DNA of 64,000 nucleotides from assembly GCA_963768055.1 (NCBI GenBank), contig CAVYGN010000001.1, positions 128,001 through 192,000 on the forward strand, in the 5' to 3' direction. The notes under the pieces were generated by a model that was not told where the DNA came from, did not search any database, and saw only the letters and a program-made list of their open reading frames with translations. Shown here one piece after another: positions 40,112 to 50,200 of this stretch. The stretch comes from an uncultured Spirochaetota bacterium. GTDB lineage: Bacteria > Spirochaetota > Brevinematia > Brevinematales > JAOACQ01. Within the stretch, counting starts at the first letter, position 1. Each line of letters opens with the position of its first letter. The position numbers and the translations under genes were made by a program.

Positions 40112-40351
40112 ATGGATTTTGTTGCGATCGACGGCATTGTGCTGGATGATAATGAGCGGAAAAAATTGCTTAGAGAATTTTATAAAAAAATTCCCAGGGA
40201 TTTGATTTTTCTGGCCCAGGATCTGCTGGCAAAGGGATTTCCCTATCAGCAATGTTCTGCGATTATGGGCGTGAAAGAATCGGATTGCAGGAAAGTGATC
40301 CGGGACTGGCAGGAGTTTTTGGCGGAGCAGATGTCGGCTGTGGCTAATTAG
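40112..40351 (+). CDS. Small protein with sigma-region-4-like HTH
   Basis: GGAGGGGAG RBS; GFPYQQCSAIMGVKESDCRKVI matches an HTH pattern. Confidence 0.6.
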   Translation: MDFVAIDGIVLDDNERKKLLREFYKKIPRDLIFLAQDLLAKGFPYQQCSAIMGVKESDCRKVIRDWQEFLAEQMSAVAN

Positions 40352-40422
40352 AATCCTGTTTCACTGTGATCTTTCCCGATAATTCGGATAATATGGAAGG
40401 CATAAAATCCTCCCCCGTTAGT

Positions 40423-41637
40423 TTACTCGAGATTTATTCTGGACGAATGTATCATAATAAGGGCCGGAAGAGCGGCCAGGACCGATACGGCTGCGCCGGC
40501 TCCTGCGGCAGTCCAGACGGATATCGTTCCCGTGTTTATTACTATTTCGAATCCCTGGATTTTTAAAGAAGAAGCATAAACCGGCAGAATGTTCTGCATG
40601 AGGAAAAAACCGCAAAACGCACCTGCGAAACCGATGAGCGAATATTTAAACAAAAGGGACAGCGATATGAAAATACGCGACGCTCCCAGGACCCGGATAA
40701 GGCGGTAATAATCCATCCTGTGAAAAGCGGCGATCATCGTTGAAAATACTACGGCGAAAAGGGCAAGGAGGAGTACGACGTTCATCATCAGGAACAATAT
40801 CGATTCGAATTTTTTTTTAAGCGACAGCATTTCTCCTGATAATGTTTTATCGGTTTCCACCTTAAGCCCGGTTTTTTCAATACGGCCTGCGACTGATAAT
40901 AGGGTGTCGTGGCCGGTTACCGTGACATAAGAACACATATAAGAATCGCCTGAAGCCGGGCCGTTGAATTTAATATTATAATATTTTACCGCCCGGATTG
41001 GGATCACAAGGCATAAGCTTTTTATTTTATCGGTAAAACCTGTCACTCTCGATGTTTCAGTTCCATAGCCTTCAATCTCCTTTACGGATGATTTTCCGAA
41101 TATTATCCGGAGCTCTCTTCCGACAGCCATGCCCGGGGTAATCCTGGGGAGGCCGTTAGGCTCCGCCATACTGTTATTATAAGCTTCGAGCAGTATTTCA
41201 GGTATTAGTACCGGCAGTTCCATCCCGGGTTTCCATTCTTTCCATGCCTTTTTATCATCGGGATCCTTTATGTCTTCCCCGATGAATTCCCCGGGAGCGC
41301 CGATACAGACCAGGTCGGTCTTGTAGTTAAGGCCGAAAAAAGATATTACCGCCTGCATGGGTATTTGGGATGCGATTAACGGGTAAACGGATTTAACCCC
41401 CTTAAGGCTTGATATATAAACGAGAGATTTCCCGTCCTGGCCGGGACCGCTGACTTTGATCATGCCGGGGGGTACGGCTGATTCGAACTTTTTTATTATC
41501 GAATTCTCGACGCTTTTGACAATGCTGGCAAATGAACAGATGGAAAAAGCCGCCGCTGCAGTAACGATGAAAACAACTATCGAGATCAATCCTCCGGACA
41601 GGGTCTCTTTGACGATTAAATAAAGCTTATGGATCAT
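40423..41637 (-). CDS. FtsX/MacB-like ABC permease
   Basis: N-terminal TM, large extracytoplasmic domain, three C-terminal TMs with RVLGASR. Confidence 0.75.
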   Translation of the reverse strand: MIHKLYLIVKETLSGGLISIVVFIVTAAAAFSICSFASIVKSVENSIIKKFESAVPPGMIKVSGPGQDGKSLVYISSLKGVKSVYPLIASQIPMQAVISFFGLNYKTDLVCIGAPGEFIGEDIKDPDDKKAWKEWKPGMELPVLIPEILLEAYNNSMAEPNGLPRITPGMAVGRELRIIFGKSSVKEIEGYGTETSRVTGFTDKIKSLCLVIPIRAVKYYNIKFNGPASGDSYMCSYVTVTGHDTLLSVAGRIEKTGLKVETDKTLSGEMLSLKKKFESILFLMMNVVLLLALFAVVFSTMIAAFHRMDYYRLIRVLGASRIFISLSLLFKYSLIGFAGAFCGFFLMQNILPVYASSLKIQGFEIVINTGTISVWTAAGAGAAVSVLAALPALIMIHSSRINLE

Positions 41638-42326
41638 TTACTAAGAGCCTGTTCCTCTAATTTTCCATTATTAATAACATATGACCTGTTGGAACGGGAA
41701 AACATATATTCGTTATGCGTAACTACAAGAACCGATTTACCGGATCCTGCAATATCAAGCAGGAAGCTGTTTATTTCTTCCGCGGTTTCGTTATCCAGGT
41801 TTGCGGTGGGCTCGTCTGCGAGGATCAAATCGGGATTATTGATCATTGCCCTCGCAAGTGCAACTCTCTGCTTCTGCCCTCCGGAAAGAAGGGCTGTCCT
41901 TGTGTATTTATATTCGATTAAACCCAGTTTTTTTAAAAGATCGTCGGAATGATCGAGAGTTTTTCGATTTATACGGCCCAGTATCCGGGCCGGGAGCAAA
42001 ACATTAGACCGGGTTGTTTCATTCGGTAAAAGCCTGAAGGTCTGGAATACAAAACCTATCTTCGCGCTGCGCATCCGCGACGGCATAATATCGAGAAAAT
42101 AAGTGATTCTCCTGCCGTCCAGATATACGGCGCCGAAAGAGGGCTTGGCCAGCCCGGATATTATATTTAACAGGGTAGTTTTACCCGAACCTGATTTTCC
42201 CGTCAGGGATATCAATTCACCCGGTTTTACATCAAGAGTTATCCCGTCGAGGATTTTCTTTTTTATTCCTGCAATCCTGTAGACCTTTTTGATATTCGAC
42301 AACTTGAGCATATAATTTTCCTGCAT
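41634..42326 (-). CDS. ABC transporter ATP-binding protein (LolD/MacB-like)
   Basis: GKSGSGKT, IGFVFQ, LSGGQKQRVALARA, LADEPT. Confidence 0.95.
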   Translation of the reverse strand: MQENYMLKLSNIKKVYRIAGIKKKILDGITLDVKPGELISLTGKSGSGKTTLLNIISGLAKPSFGAVYLDGRRITYFLDIMPSRMRSAKIGFVFQTFRLLPNETTRSNVLLPARILGRINRKTLDHSDDLLKKLGLIEYKYTRTALLSGGQKQRVALARAMINNPDLILADEPTANLDNETAEEINSFLLDIAGSGKSVLVVTHNEYMFSRSNRSYVINNGKLEEQALSK

Positions 42327-42334
42327 AATTCCGC

Positions 42335-43042
42335 TTATAAGGCTTCTTTTATTATATTTGAAACGCGCTCAGGGAGGCCGCGCTTTTCATCTTCGGTCAA
42401 TCCTTCCGTTTTAATAGCGGGATGGATGGTAATAGTTACATGGGCAGGCCGGATCAAACCTTTTTCTTCGTAAATCTTATATGAGTCTTTGATTGAAACC
42501 GGGATGATCCGGGTATTCGAGAGTGTGGCAAGCCTGAAGCTTCCGCTTTTAAAAGTTCCCGGAACCGGGCCTTTGCTTCTATGGCCTTCAGGGAATATTA
42601 AAATCGAATACCCCTGACGAAGATTTTTAATTCCTTTTTCGATAGTATTGTAGGAATCGCGCAGGTTTTTCCTGTTTATAAATATTCCGTGGAGAAGTTT
42701 TATCCATATGTTCAAGACAGGTATGCGGCTGAGCTCGATCTTTGCAATGAAACCCAACATTTTTTTTATGAAAGAAAGAATGATAAAAATATCGAAAAAG
42801 CTCTGGTGGTTGGAGATGAAAACCGCGCTTTCCACAGGCACATTCCCGGCCCCTATTACTTCGAAGCTTGATCCGGTGCCGAGAAGCCCTATCCGGGCCC
42901 AAAGGGATACGTCCGCCTGGATGAATTTTTCCCAGGCTTTGTCACCTGTGAAATATCTTAGGATAAAGAATGGAATCAGGCTTATCCAGGAGAAAAAGAA
43001 AACTAAAAATATATGTAACGTGTAATATATAGTCCTGAACAT
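42335..43042 (-). CDS. plsC: 1-acyl-sn-glycerol-3-phosphate acyltransferase
   Basis: NHQSFFD, FINR, IFPEGHRS; ATG 43042 after AGGAGG. Confidence 0.9.
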   Translation of the reverse strand: MFRTIYYTLHIFLVFFFSWISLIPFFILRYFTGDKAWEKFIQADVSLWARIGLLGTGSSFEVIGAGNVPVESAVFISNHQSFFDIFIILSFIKKMLGFIAKIELSRIPVLNIWIKLLHGIFINRKNLRDSYNTIEKGIKNLRQGYSILIFPEGHRSKGPVPGTFKSGSFRLATLSNTRIIPVSIKDSYKIYEEKGLIRPAHVTITIHPAIKTEGLTEDEKRGLPERVSNIIKEAL

Positions 43043-43104
43043 CAGAACCTCCTGAATTAACGGTAGTATCCTACGTCCCTGATTAAAATATTGCAAATTT
43101 TTTA

Positions 43105-43197
43105 GGGCGTTTTTAAAATACCCTACGGGCACAAGCCCTTCGGATAGGAAGCCTCCCCTATGCACAAGGGTGATATTCTTGGTTATTAAAACTGCCC
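43105..43197. mobile_element. Short MITE-like element related to copies A and B
   Basis: Minus-strand end GGGCAGTTTTAATAACC matches the A/B left end; flanked by TTA/TTA; contains the 17-nt unit at 43119-43135. Confidence 0.55.
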
Positions 43198-43270
43198 TTA
43201 TGTTATTAGACAAATCGGGCCTTTTATTTTACAATAGTCTGTTTACAGTCTGTATTGGAGGAGCTTGGCA

Positions 43271-44134
43271 ATGAATATTAAAGAGACGGTTTTTGAAGGC
43301 TTTAACGATTGTTTCGAACTTTCGGTAGGCAGCGAAAAAATGATTGTGACTGCAGGTTTCGGTCCGAGGATCCTTTATTACGGTTCCGGAGTGAGCGGAA
43401 ATATTTTATACGTAGATAAAAATCCTATGAAAAAGGAAAAAGGCTTCCGGAATTACGGCGGGCACAGGTTCTGGCTTGCGCCTGAAACGATTGTCACTGC
43501 GAGGGCCGATAACAATCCCTGTGAAGTGACCCGGAAAGACGGCTATTTAAAGGTTACCGCCTTAGACAGGGATTATCACCTGGAAAAAAGTCTTATAATC
43601 AGCGAGAAGAACGGCCGTTTCCAGGTAAAGCATATGGTGCTGAACACAGGGAAAATGGTCTATATGGCTTCTCTGTGGGGGCTGACCTGCGTAAGGGCGG
43701 ATTCCGGGACAATTTTTTTCCCATGGGCAAGCGTAGGGAACTGGAAGCTATGCAAAATAATATACTGGCAGAAATGGGCTAAACAAAAAACAAGCATAAA
43801 CAGCAGGCAGTACAAGCAGACGCCGGACCTTTTTCTTGTAAAACCGATAGGCAGGGTAGGCAAAATCGGGAGCACGGGGTATGAAGGGTTCATCGGCATA
43901 TCACAGAAAAATTATACGTTCATTAAAAAGTACGATTACATTTATTCCGCTAATTATCCTGACGACAATTGCTCAGTCGAAGTTTACACCTGCAAAAATT
44001 TTTCCGAACTTGAGACATTGAGCCCGATTTACATGCTTAACCCGGGTAAACCCATGACTCATACTGAGGAATGGGTCCTTGCCGGAAGGGCCGTCGATCC
44101 GGAAAACGGGGATGAAATAAGAAGCCTGCTGTAA
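43271..44134 (+). CDS. DUF4380-like / aldose-epimerase-fold hypothetical protein
   Basis: GFGPRIL, YGGHRFWLAPE, YPDDNCSVEVYT, ELETLSP, HTEEW. Confidence 0.6.
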   Translation: MNIKETVFEGFNDCFELSVGSEKMIVTAGFGPRILYYGSGVSGNILYVDKNPMKKEKGFRNYGGHRFWLAPETIVTARADNNPCEVTRKDGYLKVTALDRDYHLEKSLIISEKNGRFQVKHMVLNTGKMVYMASLWGLTCVRADSGTIFFPWASVGNWKLCKIIYWQKWAKQKTSINSRQYKQTPDLFLVKPIGRVGKIGSTGYEGFIGISQKNYTFIKKYDYIYSANYPDDNCSVEVYTCKNFSELETLSPIYMLNPGKPMTHTEEWVLAGRAVDPENGDEIRSLL

Positions 44135-44227
44135 GAGCTTTGGCAACGGATTGAAACAACAAATTTCACAGATATCGGTGAATCCTGACAGGAATTAATC
44201 GGTTGTAAATTTAAAAGGGGAAATGCC

Positions 44228-46366
44228 ATGGATTTTAACGAGGAATTTATCGGCGGGCTTTGTGTAAGTATTCCTGAGATAATTGATATCTTATCCGAGG
44301 AGTTCGGAATTGAAATATGGAAAGCCCGGTCGGTTGTTTCTCTGCTTAAAGAGGGGAATACCATCCCGTTTATTTCACGATACAGGAAAGAAGCCACCGG
44401 CTCGCTGGATGAAGTGCAGGTAAGAAATATTTCACACAGGCTTTCTTATCTTGAAAACCTCCAGGAGAGGCGGATAGAAGTGATCAGGGGGATATATTCT
44501 CAGGGAAGGTTAACGGAAGAGATTTATTCGAATATACAAAAATGCTGCATATTAAGCGAACTTGAAGAATTATATGCCCCGTATAAAAAGAAGAAAAAGA
44601 CCCGCGCAATGGCGGCTGTTGAAAAAGGGCTCCGGGGACTGGCCGATCTGATGGCGGCGGTCGCGGAAATTGAAAAAGAAGCACTGAAATATATCGACAT
44701 CGAAAAAGGGGTCAACAGCGCGGATGAAGCACTCAGGGGAGCGATGGATATACTGGCGGAAAGCTTTGCCCAGGATATCAATAACCGAAAGGTCTTGATG
44801 GAATTTATCAAGGCGGAGGGAGAGCTGGCTGTAAAGGGTAAAAAAGATAAAGACACGAGCGTTTTCAAAATGTATTATGACTACCGCGAACCCCTGTCGG
44901 AAATAAAGCCCCACAGGGTTCTCGCGATAAACAGGGGACTCCGGGAAGAGGAACTTGAAGTAAATATAGAATTTAATGAAGAAAAAGCGCTGAATATCAT
45001 GATTTCAAGATGTAAAATAGCCAATTCTTATCACAGCGCTGCAATTGAGGACTCTTTGAAAAGGCTCCTGATACCCTCGGTAACGAGGGAGGTAAGGGGC
45101 TTGCAAAGCGAAACCGCAGACAGCCATGGCATATCGATTTTTGCTGAAAATCTGAAAGGGCTGTTGATGCAGCCTCCCATAAAAAGAACCAGGGTTCTCG
45201 GGGTCGACCCCGGGATAAGGACGGGTACAAAAGCCGCTGCGCTTGATGAAAACGGCAAATACCTCGGTTATTTTTTATTTTTTCAGAATAAACAGGAAGA
45301 TTCTATAAAAGCCATTAAAGACGCTGTTGAGAAATACCGGGTGCAGCTCATAGCGATAGGCAACGGGACAGGTTCTCAGGAGGTCAGGGAAGTAACGGCG
45401 AGGGCCATTTCAGAATGCAACCTGCCTGTAGAATATACGGTTGTTTCCGAGGATGGGGCCTCGGTTTATTCGGCCTCGGATATCGCCATAGAAGAATTTT
45501 CAGATCTGGATCTGACGATACGGGGGGCTATTTCGATAGGGAGGAGGATCCAGGACCCTCTCGCGGAATTTGTCAAGATCGATCCAAGATCGATCGGTGT
45601 AGGGCTTTACCAGCATGATGTGAATCAGAAATCACTGGGCGAAAGCCTCAATGAAGTAGTTGAATCGGTTGTTAATAATGTGGGCGTTAACCTTAACACG
45701 GCCTCAAGCGCCCTTCTCAGGCACGTTTCGGGTATTTCCTCGACCCTTTCCAGGAACATAGTGGAATATCGGGATAATAAAGGGCTTATCCGTTCAAGGG
45801 AAGATCTGATGAATATCGCGGGTTTCGGGGAAAAAACTTTTCGGCAGGCTGCGGGTTTTCTCAAGGTTCCCGAGAGCCGGGAAAAACTGGATAATACCTG
45901 GGTGCATCCCGAGAATTACGGCGCCGCGAGGGAGATACTGGGGGAGATCAGGACCTTCGGGGAAATTTCAAGGGAAAAAAGTATAAAAATTAAGGAAAAA
46001 TTCGGGATCGGGGATGTGACAATAAAAGACATCATCGACGAATTGAATAAACCTAACCGGGACCCGCGCGAGGGATATCCTGCTCCGGTGCTTCAAAAAG
46101 AAGCGGTAAAATTCGAAGACCTTAAAAAAGGCATGCCGATCAGGGGAAAAGTTAAAAATGTAGTGGATTTCGGCGCATTTGTCGACATAGGAATTAAAGA
46201 AACCGCGCTCATACACATATCCCAATTCAGCGATAATTATGTCAAAAATCCTATGGATGTTTTAAAACTGGGCGACATAAAAGAATTCAAGATCATAGAT
46301 ATAGACCCGCTGAGGAAAAGGATCTCCCTTTCACTTAAGGGCAGTACTACTAAAAAGAAGGCCTGA
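44228..46366 (+). CDS. tex: Tex/YhgF RNA-binding transcription accessory protein
   Basis: GNTIPFISRYRKEATG, GVDPGIRTG, GNGTGS, QDPLAEFVKIDP, C-terminal S1 (DFGAFVDIG). Confidence 0.95.
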   Translation: MDFNEEFIGGLCVSIPEIIDILSEEFGIEIWKARSVVSLLKEGNTIPFISRYRKEATGSLDEVQVRNISHRLSYLENLQERRIEVIRGIYSQGRLTEEIYSNIQKCCILSELEELYAPYKKKKKTRAMAAVEKGLRGLADLMAAVAEIEKEALKYIDIEKGVNSADEALRGAMDILAESFAQDINNRKVLMEFIKAEGELAVKGKKDKDTSVFKMYYDYREPLSEIKPHRVLAINRGLREEELEVNIEFNEEKALNIMISRCKIANSYHSAAIEDSLKRLLIPSVTREVRGLQSETADSHGISIFAENLKGLLMQPPIKRTRVLGVDPGIRTGTKAAALDENGKYLGYFLFFQNKQEDSIKAIKDAVEKYRVQLIAIGNGTGSQEVREVTARAISECNLPVEYTVVSEDGASVYSASDIAIEEFSDLDLTIRGAISIGRRIQDPLAEFVKIDPRSIGVGLYQHDVNQKSLGESLNEVVESVVNNVGVNLNTASSALLRHVSGISSTLSRNIVEYRDNKGLIRSREDLMNIAGFGEKTFRQAAGFLKVPESREKLDNTWVHPENYGAAREILGEIRTFGEISREKSIKIKEKFGIGDVTIKDIIDELNKPNRDPREGYPAPVLQKEAVKFEDLKKGMPIRGKVKNVVDFGAFVDIGIKETALIHISQFSDNYVKNPMDVLKLGDIKEFKIIDIDPLRKRISLSLKGSTTKKKA

Positions 46367-46371
46367 ACGAA

Positions 46372-47247
46372 TCATCTCCAGTTCCGCCCTGTTATTTTTA
46401 CCAGATACTCTCCGTATTGATTTTTCATAAAAGGTTTGGCTAGTTTCAATAATTCGTCTTTAGTAATATAGCCCAAAGAATAGGCTATTTCCTCTATGCA
46501 TGCAATCTTCAGGCCCTGCCTGTGTTCTATGGTTTCTACAAAGTTACCTGCCTCGAGAAGGCTTTCATGGGTGCCTGTATCGAGCCATGCCATGCCCCTC
46601 CCGAGTATTTCAACCTTTAATTCTCCCTGTTCCAGGTATACCCTGTTAAGATCGGTGATCTCAAGTTCGCCCCGTTTTGAGGGCTTCAGGTTTTTAGCTA
46701 TATCGGCTACCTTACCGTCATAAAAATACAAACCGGTTACCGCGTAATTAGACCTGGGCTTAACCGGCTTTTCTTCAATGCTGACTGCCCTGCATTCGGA
46801 ATCGAATTCGATTATACCGTATCTCCGGGGGTCATTTACATAGTATCCAAAAACGACAGCCCCCGACTTTATCATAGCGGCTTTCTTGAGGATTTCAGGT
46901 AAACTGTCACCATACAGAATGTTATCGCCAAGTATCAGACAGCAGGGTTTGCCGTCGATGAATTTTTCCCCGATTATAAACGCTTCGGCGATGCCGTTGG
47001 GTTCGTCCTGAGGAGCATAAGAAATATGAAGGCCCAGCTCTTCACCGTTATGCAGAAGTTCTTCGAATAATGGCTGGTCCTTTTTTCTCGATATTATCAG
47101 GATGTCCCGTATGCCTGAGAGCATCAGGATCGAAAGCGGATAATAAATAAGGGGTTTGTCGAAGACGGGCATAAGCTGTTTGGATACTGATTGTGTAAGA
47201 GGGAAAAGCCTTGTGCCATGCCCTCCGGCCAGAATAATTCCCTTCAT
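46372..47247 (-). CDS. rfbA: Glucose-1-phosphate thymidylyltransferase
   Basis: [44 protein letters not shown]. Confidence 0.97.
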   Translation of the reverse strand: MKGIILAGGHGTRLFPLTQSVSKQLMPVFDKPLIYYPLSILMLSGIRDILIISRKKDQPLFEELLHNGEELGLHISYAPQDEPNGIAEAFIIGEKFIDGKPCCLILGDNILYGDSLPEILKKAAMIKSGAVVFGYYVNDPRRYGIIEFDSECRAVSIEEKPVKPRSNYAVTGLYFYDGKVADIAKNLKPSKRGELEITDLNRVYLEQGELKVEILGRGMAWLDTGTHESLLEAGNFVETIEHRQGLKIACIEEIAYSLGYITKDELLKLAKPFMKNQYGEYLVKITGRNWR

Positions 47248-47249
47248 TA

Positions 47250-47783
47250 TCAAAAATCCTCCCTCTTTATTTGTCTTTTATATATTTCGCGGATATTGTA
47301 AAGTATATCTTTATACAAAGGCGTACGGTAATCGGGATAGGTCCAATCCCAATGACGCCATTCCCTGTCTTTAAAATAGAGGGTGATCTCTTCGTATATA
47401 CCGCCGCCCATATACAATCTGTGCTGCTGGTCCTTAGTAGTAGCCAGGACGAATTTACCCAGCTCAAGATAACCGGGATCCAGGTTGACAGGCCTGCTAT
47501 TTTTCTCGGACAGCTCCAATTCAATTTTATTCGAGGCTTTTTTTATTTGAATAAGTTCGGGAATTTCAATGAGGCGTTTAAAGGAAAAGAAAATCCTTCT
47601 TATCGAAGGCCCCATTTCTGCGGAATAATAATCCGTATAAGTGAACGGGAAGGATTCGCTTTTGAAATCCGTCTCCCCGAACAGGCCGGCGAGCCTTTCC
47701 CCGGCTTCCGACAGCTTGACTTCGTCTGAGAACAGAGCCGGAATGACCAGTTTCACTTTATTGTGAGGCAATTCAGCGCCCAT
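47250..47783 (-). CDS. DUF4416 family protein
   Basis: [33 protein letters not shown]. Confidence 0.8.
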   Translation of the reverse strand: MGAELPHNKVKLVIPALFSDEVKLSEAGERLAGLFGETDFKSESFPFTYTDYYSAEMGPSIRRIFFSFKRLIEIPELIQIKKASNKIELELSEKNSRPVNLDPGYLELGKFVLATTKDQQHRLYMGGGIYEEITLYFKDREWRHWDWTYPDYRTPLYKDILYNIREIYKRQIKREDF

Positions 47784-47867
47784 TTTATTATCCTTGTGTG
47801 AAATCAGTATGTTTTATTTTAATGTTAAATAAGGGATTTCTCAATTAATCGGAACGTGGACGGCCCG

Positions 47868-47961
47868 GTCGGAAGTCCACAGTCTGCAGTCTACAGTTTT
47901 GCTGTCTTTGTTGTTGATTATATTATCGACTTTCGACTGCCGACTATTGACTGCCGACTCA
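47868..47961. repeat. Inverted heptamer arrays
   Basis: gtcgga-agtccac-agtctgc-agtctac faces cgacttt-cgactgc-cgactat-tgactgc-cgactca. Confidence 0.75.
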
Positions 47962-48048
47962 CTAGTCCTATTCGTTGATTTTTTTACTTTTTTACCTTAC
48001 AATATTATATTTGAATATAGCTAAGGAAAGAGGGGTCGTTAAGTTTAA

Positions 48049-50079
48049 ATGAATTCAGATATTTTCTCGATTATTATAGATTATTCCATATTGCTTTTCC
48101 ATAAGTTCAACTTGTTCATCGTTAAAAAGAATTTTAAAGCCGATGCGAAGACCGCCGCGCAGTTAAAAAGCCAGGCATTTATAGTCCGCGAGCACTCAAT
48201 AAAGGAGATCAGGGGGACTATAGCCCGGTTTAATCCGTCGGCTGAGAAATTGACCTTCGAAGAAAAAAAAATAATACTTCTCCTGCTGGGGGCCAGCCTT
48301 TACGGCCAGAACGGCATAAATATATGGCAGGCTATGTGCTTTTTCCACAGGATACCGTTCCGGGCGATGAAGGCGGTCGGTCAAATCCTCGATCCTCATA
48401 GCGGCGTTTTGAAAAGCGGTATAATGATGTTTCAGGAAACGGATTTTCTCGGCGCTTCCCTGTCCATTGAGGAGATAGCGGAATTCTATAATAACAGGAA
48501 GGTTTTTCTTTCTCCCGTCGCGCTGAATTCACTCTTCAGCGACTTTACCGGGAAAAACCTTTACGGGGTAACCAACTATACTCTTTCAGAAAAATATAAG
48601 AATATCGATATTCTTCTTAACGACATATCGAGCATAATGAAATATCTGTTCTTTCTATCTAATTTTTACAAGGTAAATTCCGCCTATTCTTCCTCCCGGG
48701 ATGATATCTATGAGAACGGCGAATTTGCGGAGACTTTGAGAAAATTCAGGAAAAATATAATAAGTTCCGGATTGAAGATCAATTTGAAAAATTTTCTCAA
48801 AAAAAACAACTTTACCAATATTGAATTTATCGTACTTCTATATTTCATTTATAAAGTAGTCATCATGAAGGAATTCATGATAAACAGCGTGGAGGAGGTC
48901 CTTACCAGCCTCGCGTTCATCCCCTCGCAGATAAAGATGATACTCGGCTGTTTCAGCAGGGACAACGTGTTTTTAAGGGAAAAATTTATAGATGTCGCGG
49001 ATTTTTATCCGGGCATCCCCTTCGGCGACGGGCCCGATGAAGAAATTGAAAATGAAAAGCAGGATGAAGACGAATACCAGATTATCGGTTTTACCCAGGA
49101 ATACAATGCGATTTCCATATCGAAGGATAAGATATATTATCTACTCTTTTCCGAACAGGACGCTAAAAAGAAGAGGACCGGGGCGGATGATAAAAACAGG
49201 ATCAGGGACAAAAAGGAAAACGGGCCCGAATTCCAAAAAAACAGGGGCTTATTCGAACTCGTGGAGCCGGTTGTCAGGATAAGCGACGTAATTCTTGACG
49301 AAGATGTTAAGAAAGAACTTTTAGGCGCGGTTGACCTTGCAAAGGCTTCTGAAATGATGAAGAAGTGGGGGATCAAGCCGAACCTGGCTTCAAAGTCCTT
49401 CGGTTCCGTCAAGATACTGCTCTACGGGCCGTCCGGAACCGGGAAAACTATTACAGCGCAGGCCCTGGCGGGGGAGGTCGGCGCCGATCTTTTCAAAGTT
49501 GACGCAAGCAATCTTGTAAGCTCATGGGTTGGCGAAAGCACGAAAAACGTTAAAAAGGTTTTCAGGGAATTCTATAAATACGCTAAAATATCAAAGAGAA
49601 AAACATTTCTGTTCATGAATGAGGCTGACCAGCTTTTAAGCGCTCGCGGTACGATTACGCAAGCCGCCGATAAAGAGTATAACCAGATGCAGAACATACT
49701 CCTTGAGGAATTGGAAAATTTCGACGGGGTATTTCTTGCGACTACAAACCTGGCCGATCTCTTCGATACGGCATGGAACAGGAGATTTAATATTAAGATC
49801 AGGTTTGACGTGCCGAAATTTGAAACGCGATTAAAATTATGGAAAGTTCATATATCGGAAAAGATGCCGCTCGGCGATGATGTGAATTTCGAAAAACTTG
49901 CCGACTTTGAGCTTGCCGGTGGCTCTATCGCAAATGTGATCTACAATGCCGCAAGAAAAGCCGCCTTGAGGGACAACCTCGACAGAATAGTCAGGCAGAA
50001 AGATTTTATCGACGCGATACAAAACGAGCTTAAATCCCATCTCGGCATCAAAAACTCAAAGGTGGGTTTCTCTCAGTGA
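48049..50079 (+). CDS. AAA+ ATPase with long uncharacterised N-terminus
   Basis: LLYGPSGTGKT, SSWVGES, FMNEADQ, ATTN, RRF, GGSIAN. Confidence 0.9.
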   Translation: MNSDIFSIIIDYSILLFHKFNLFIVKKNFKADAKTAAQLKSQAFIVREHSIKEIRGTIARFNPSAEKLTFEEKKIILLLLGASLYGQNGINIWQAMCFFHRIPFRAMKAVGQILDPHSGVLKSGIMMFQETDFLGASLSIEEIAEFYNNRKVFLSPVALNSLFSDFTGKNLYGVTNYTLSEKYKNIDILLNDISSIMKYLFFLSNFYKVNSAYSSSRDDIYENGEFAETLRKFRKNIISSGLKINLKNFLKKNNFTNIEFIVLLYFIYKVVIMKEFMINSVEEVLTSLAFIPSQIKMILGCFSRDNVFLREKFIDVADFYPGIPFGDGPDEEIENEKQDEDEYQIIGFTQEYNAISISKDKIYYLLFSEQDAKKKRTGADDKNRIRDKKENGPEFQKNRGLFELVEPVVRISDVILDEDVKKELLGAVDLAKASEMMKKWGIKPNLASKSFGSVKILLYGPSGTGKTITAQALAGEVGADLFKVDASNLVSSWVGESTKNVKKVFREFYKYAKISKRKTFLFMNEADQLLSARGTITQAADKEYNQMQNILLEELENFDGVFLATTNLADLFDTAWNRRFNIKIRFDVPKFETRLKLWKVHISEKMPLGDDVNFEKLADFELAGGSIANVIYNAARKAALRDNLDRIVRQKDFIDAIQNELKSHLGIKNSKVGFSQ

Positions 50080-50200
50080 AAATCCCGCAGACACGCCCTG
50101 GGTTTTTTGCGTTTTTTCCTCACCTTGAGCACAATATTTCCAAACGGAAATTATAAAAGTTTCTATCAGTTAACCAAAATCATTTTTAAGGAGCCGGGAA

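Noticed and set aside
43043..43213. N-terminal extension of plsC in the ORF track
   Set aside because: Reads through the MITE-like element; a strong AGGAGG precedes ATG 43042
50086..50118. Terminator after the AAA ATPase
   Set aside because: Stem is short and mismatched, so support is too weak
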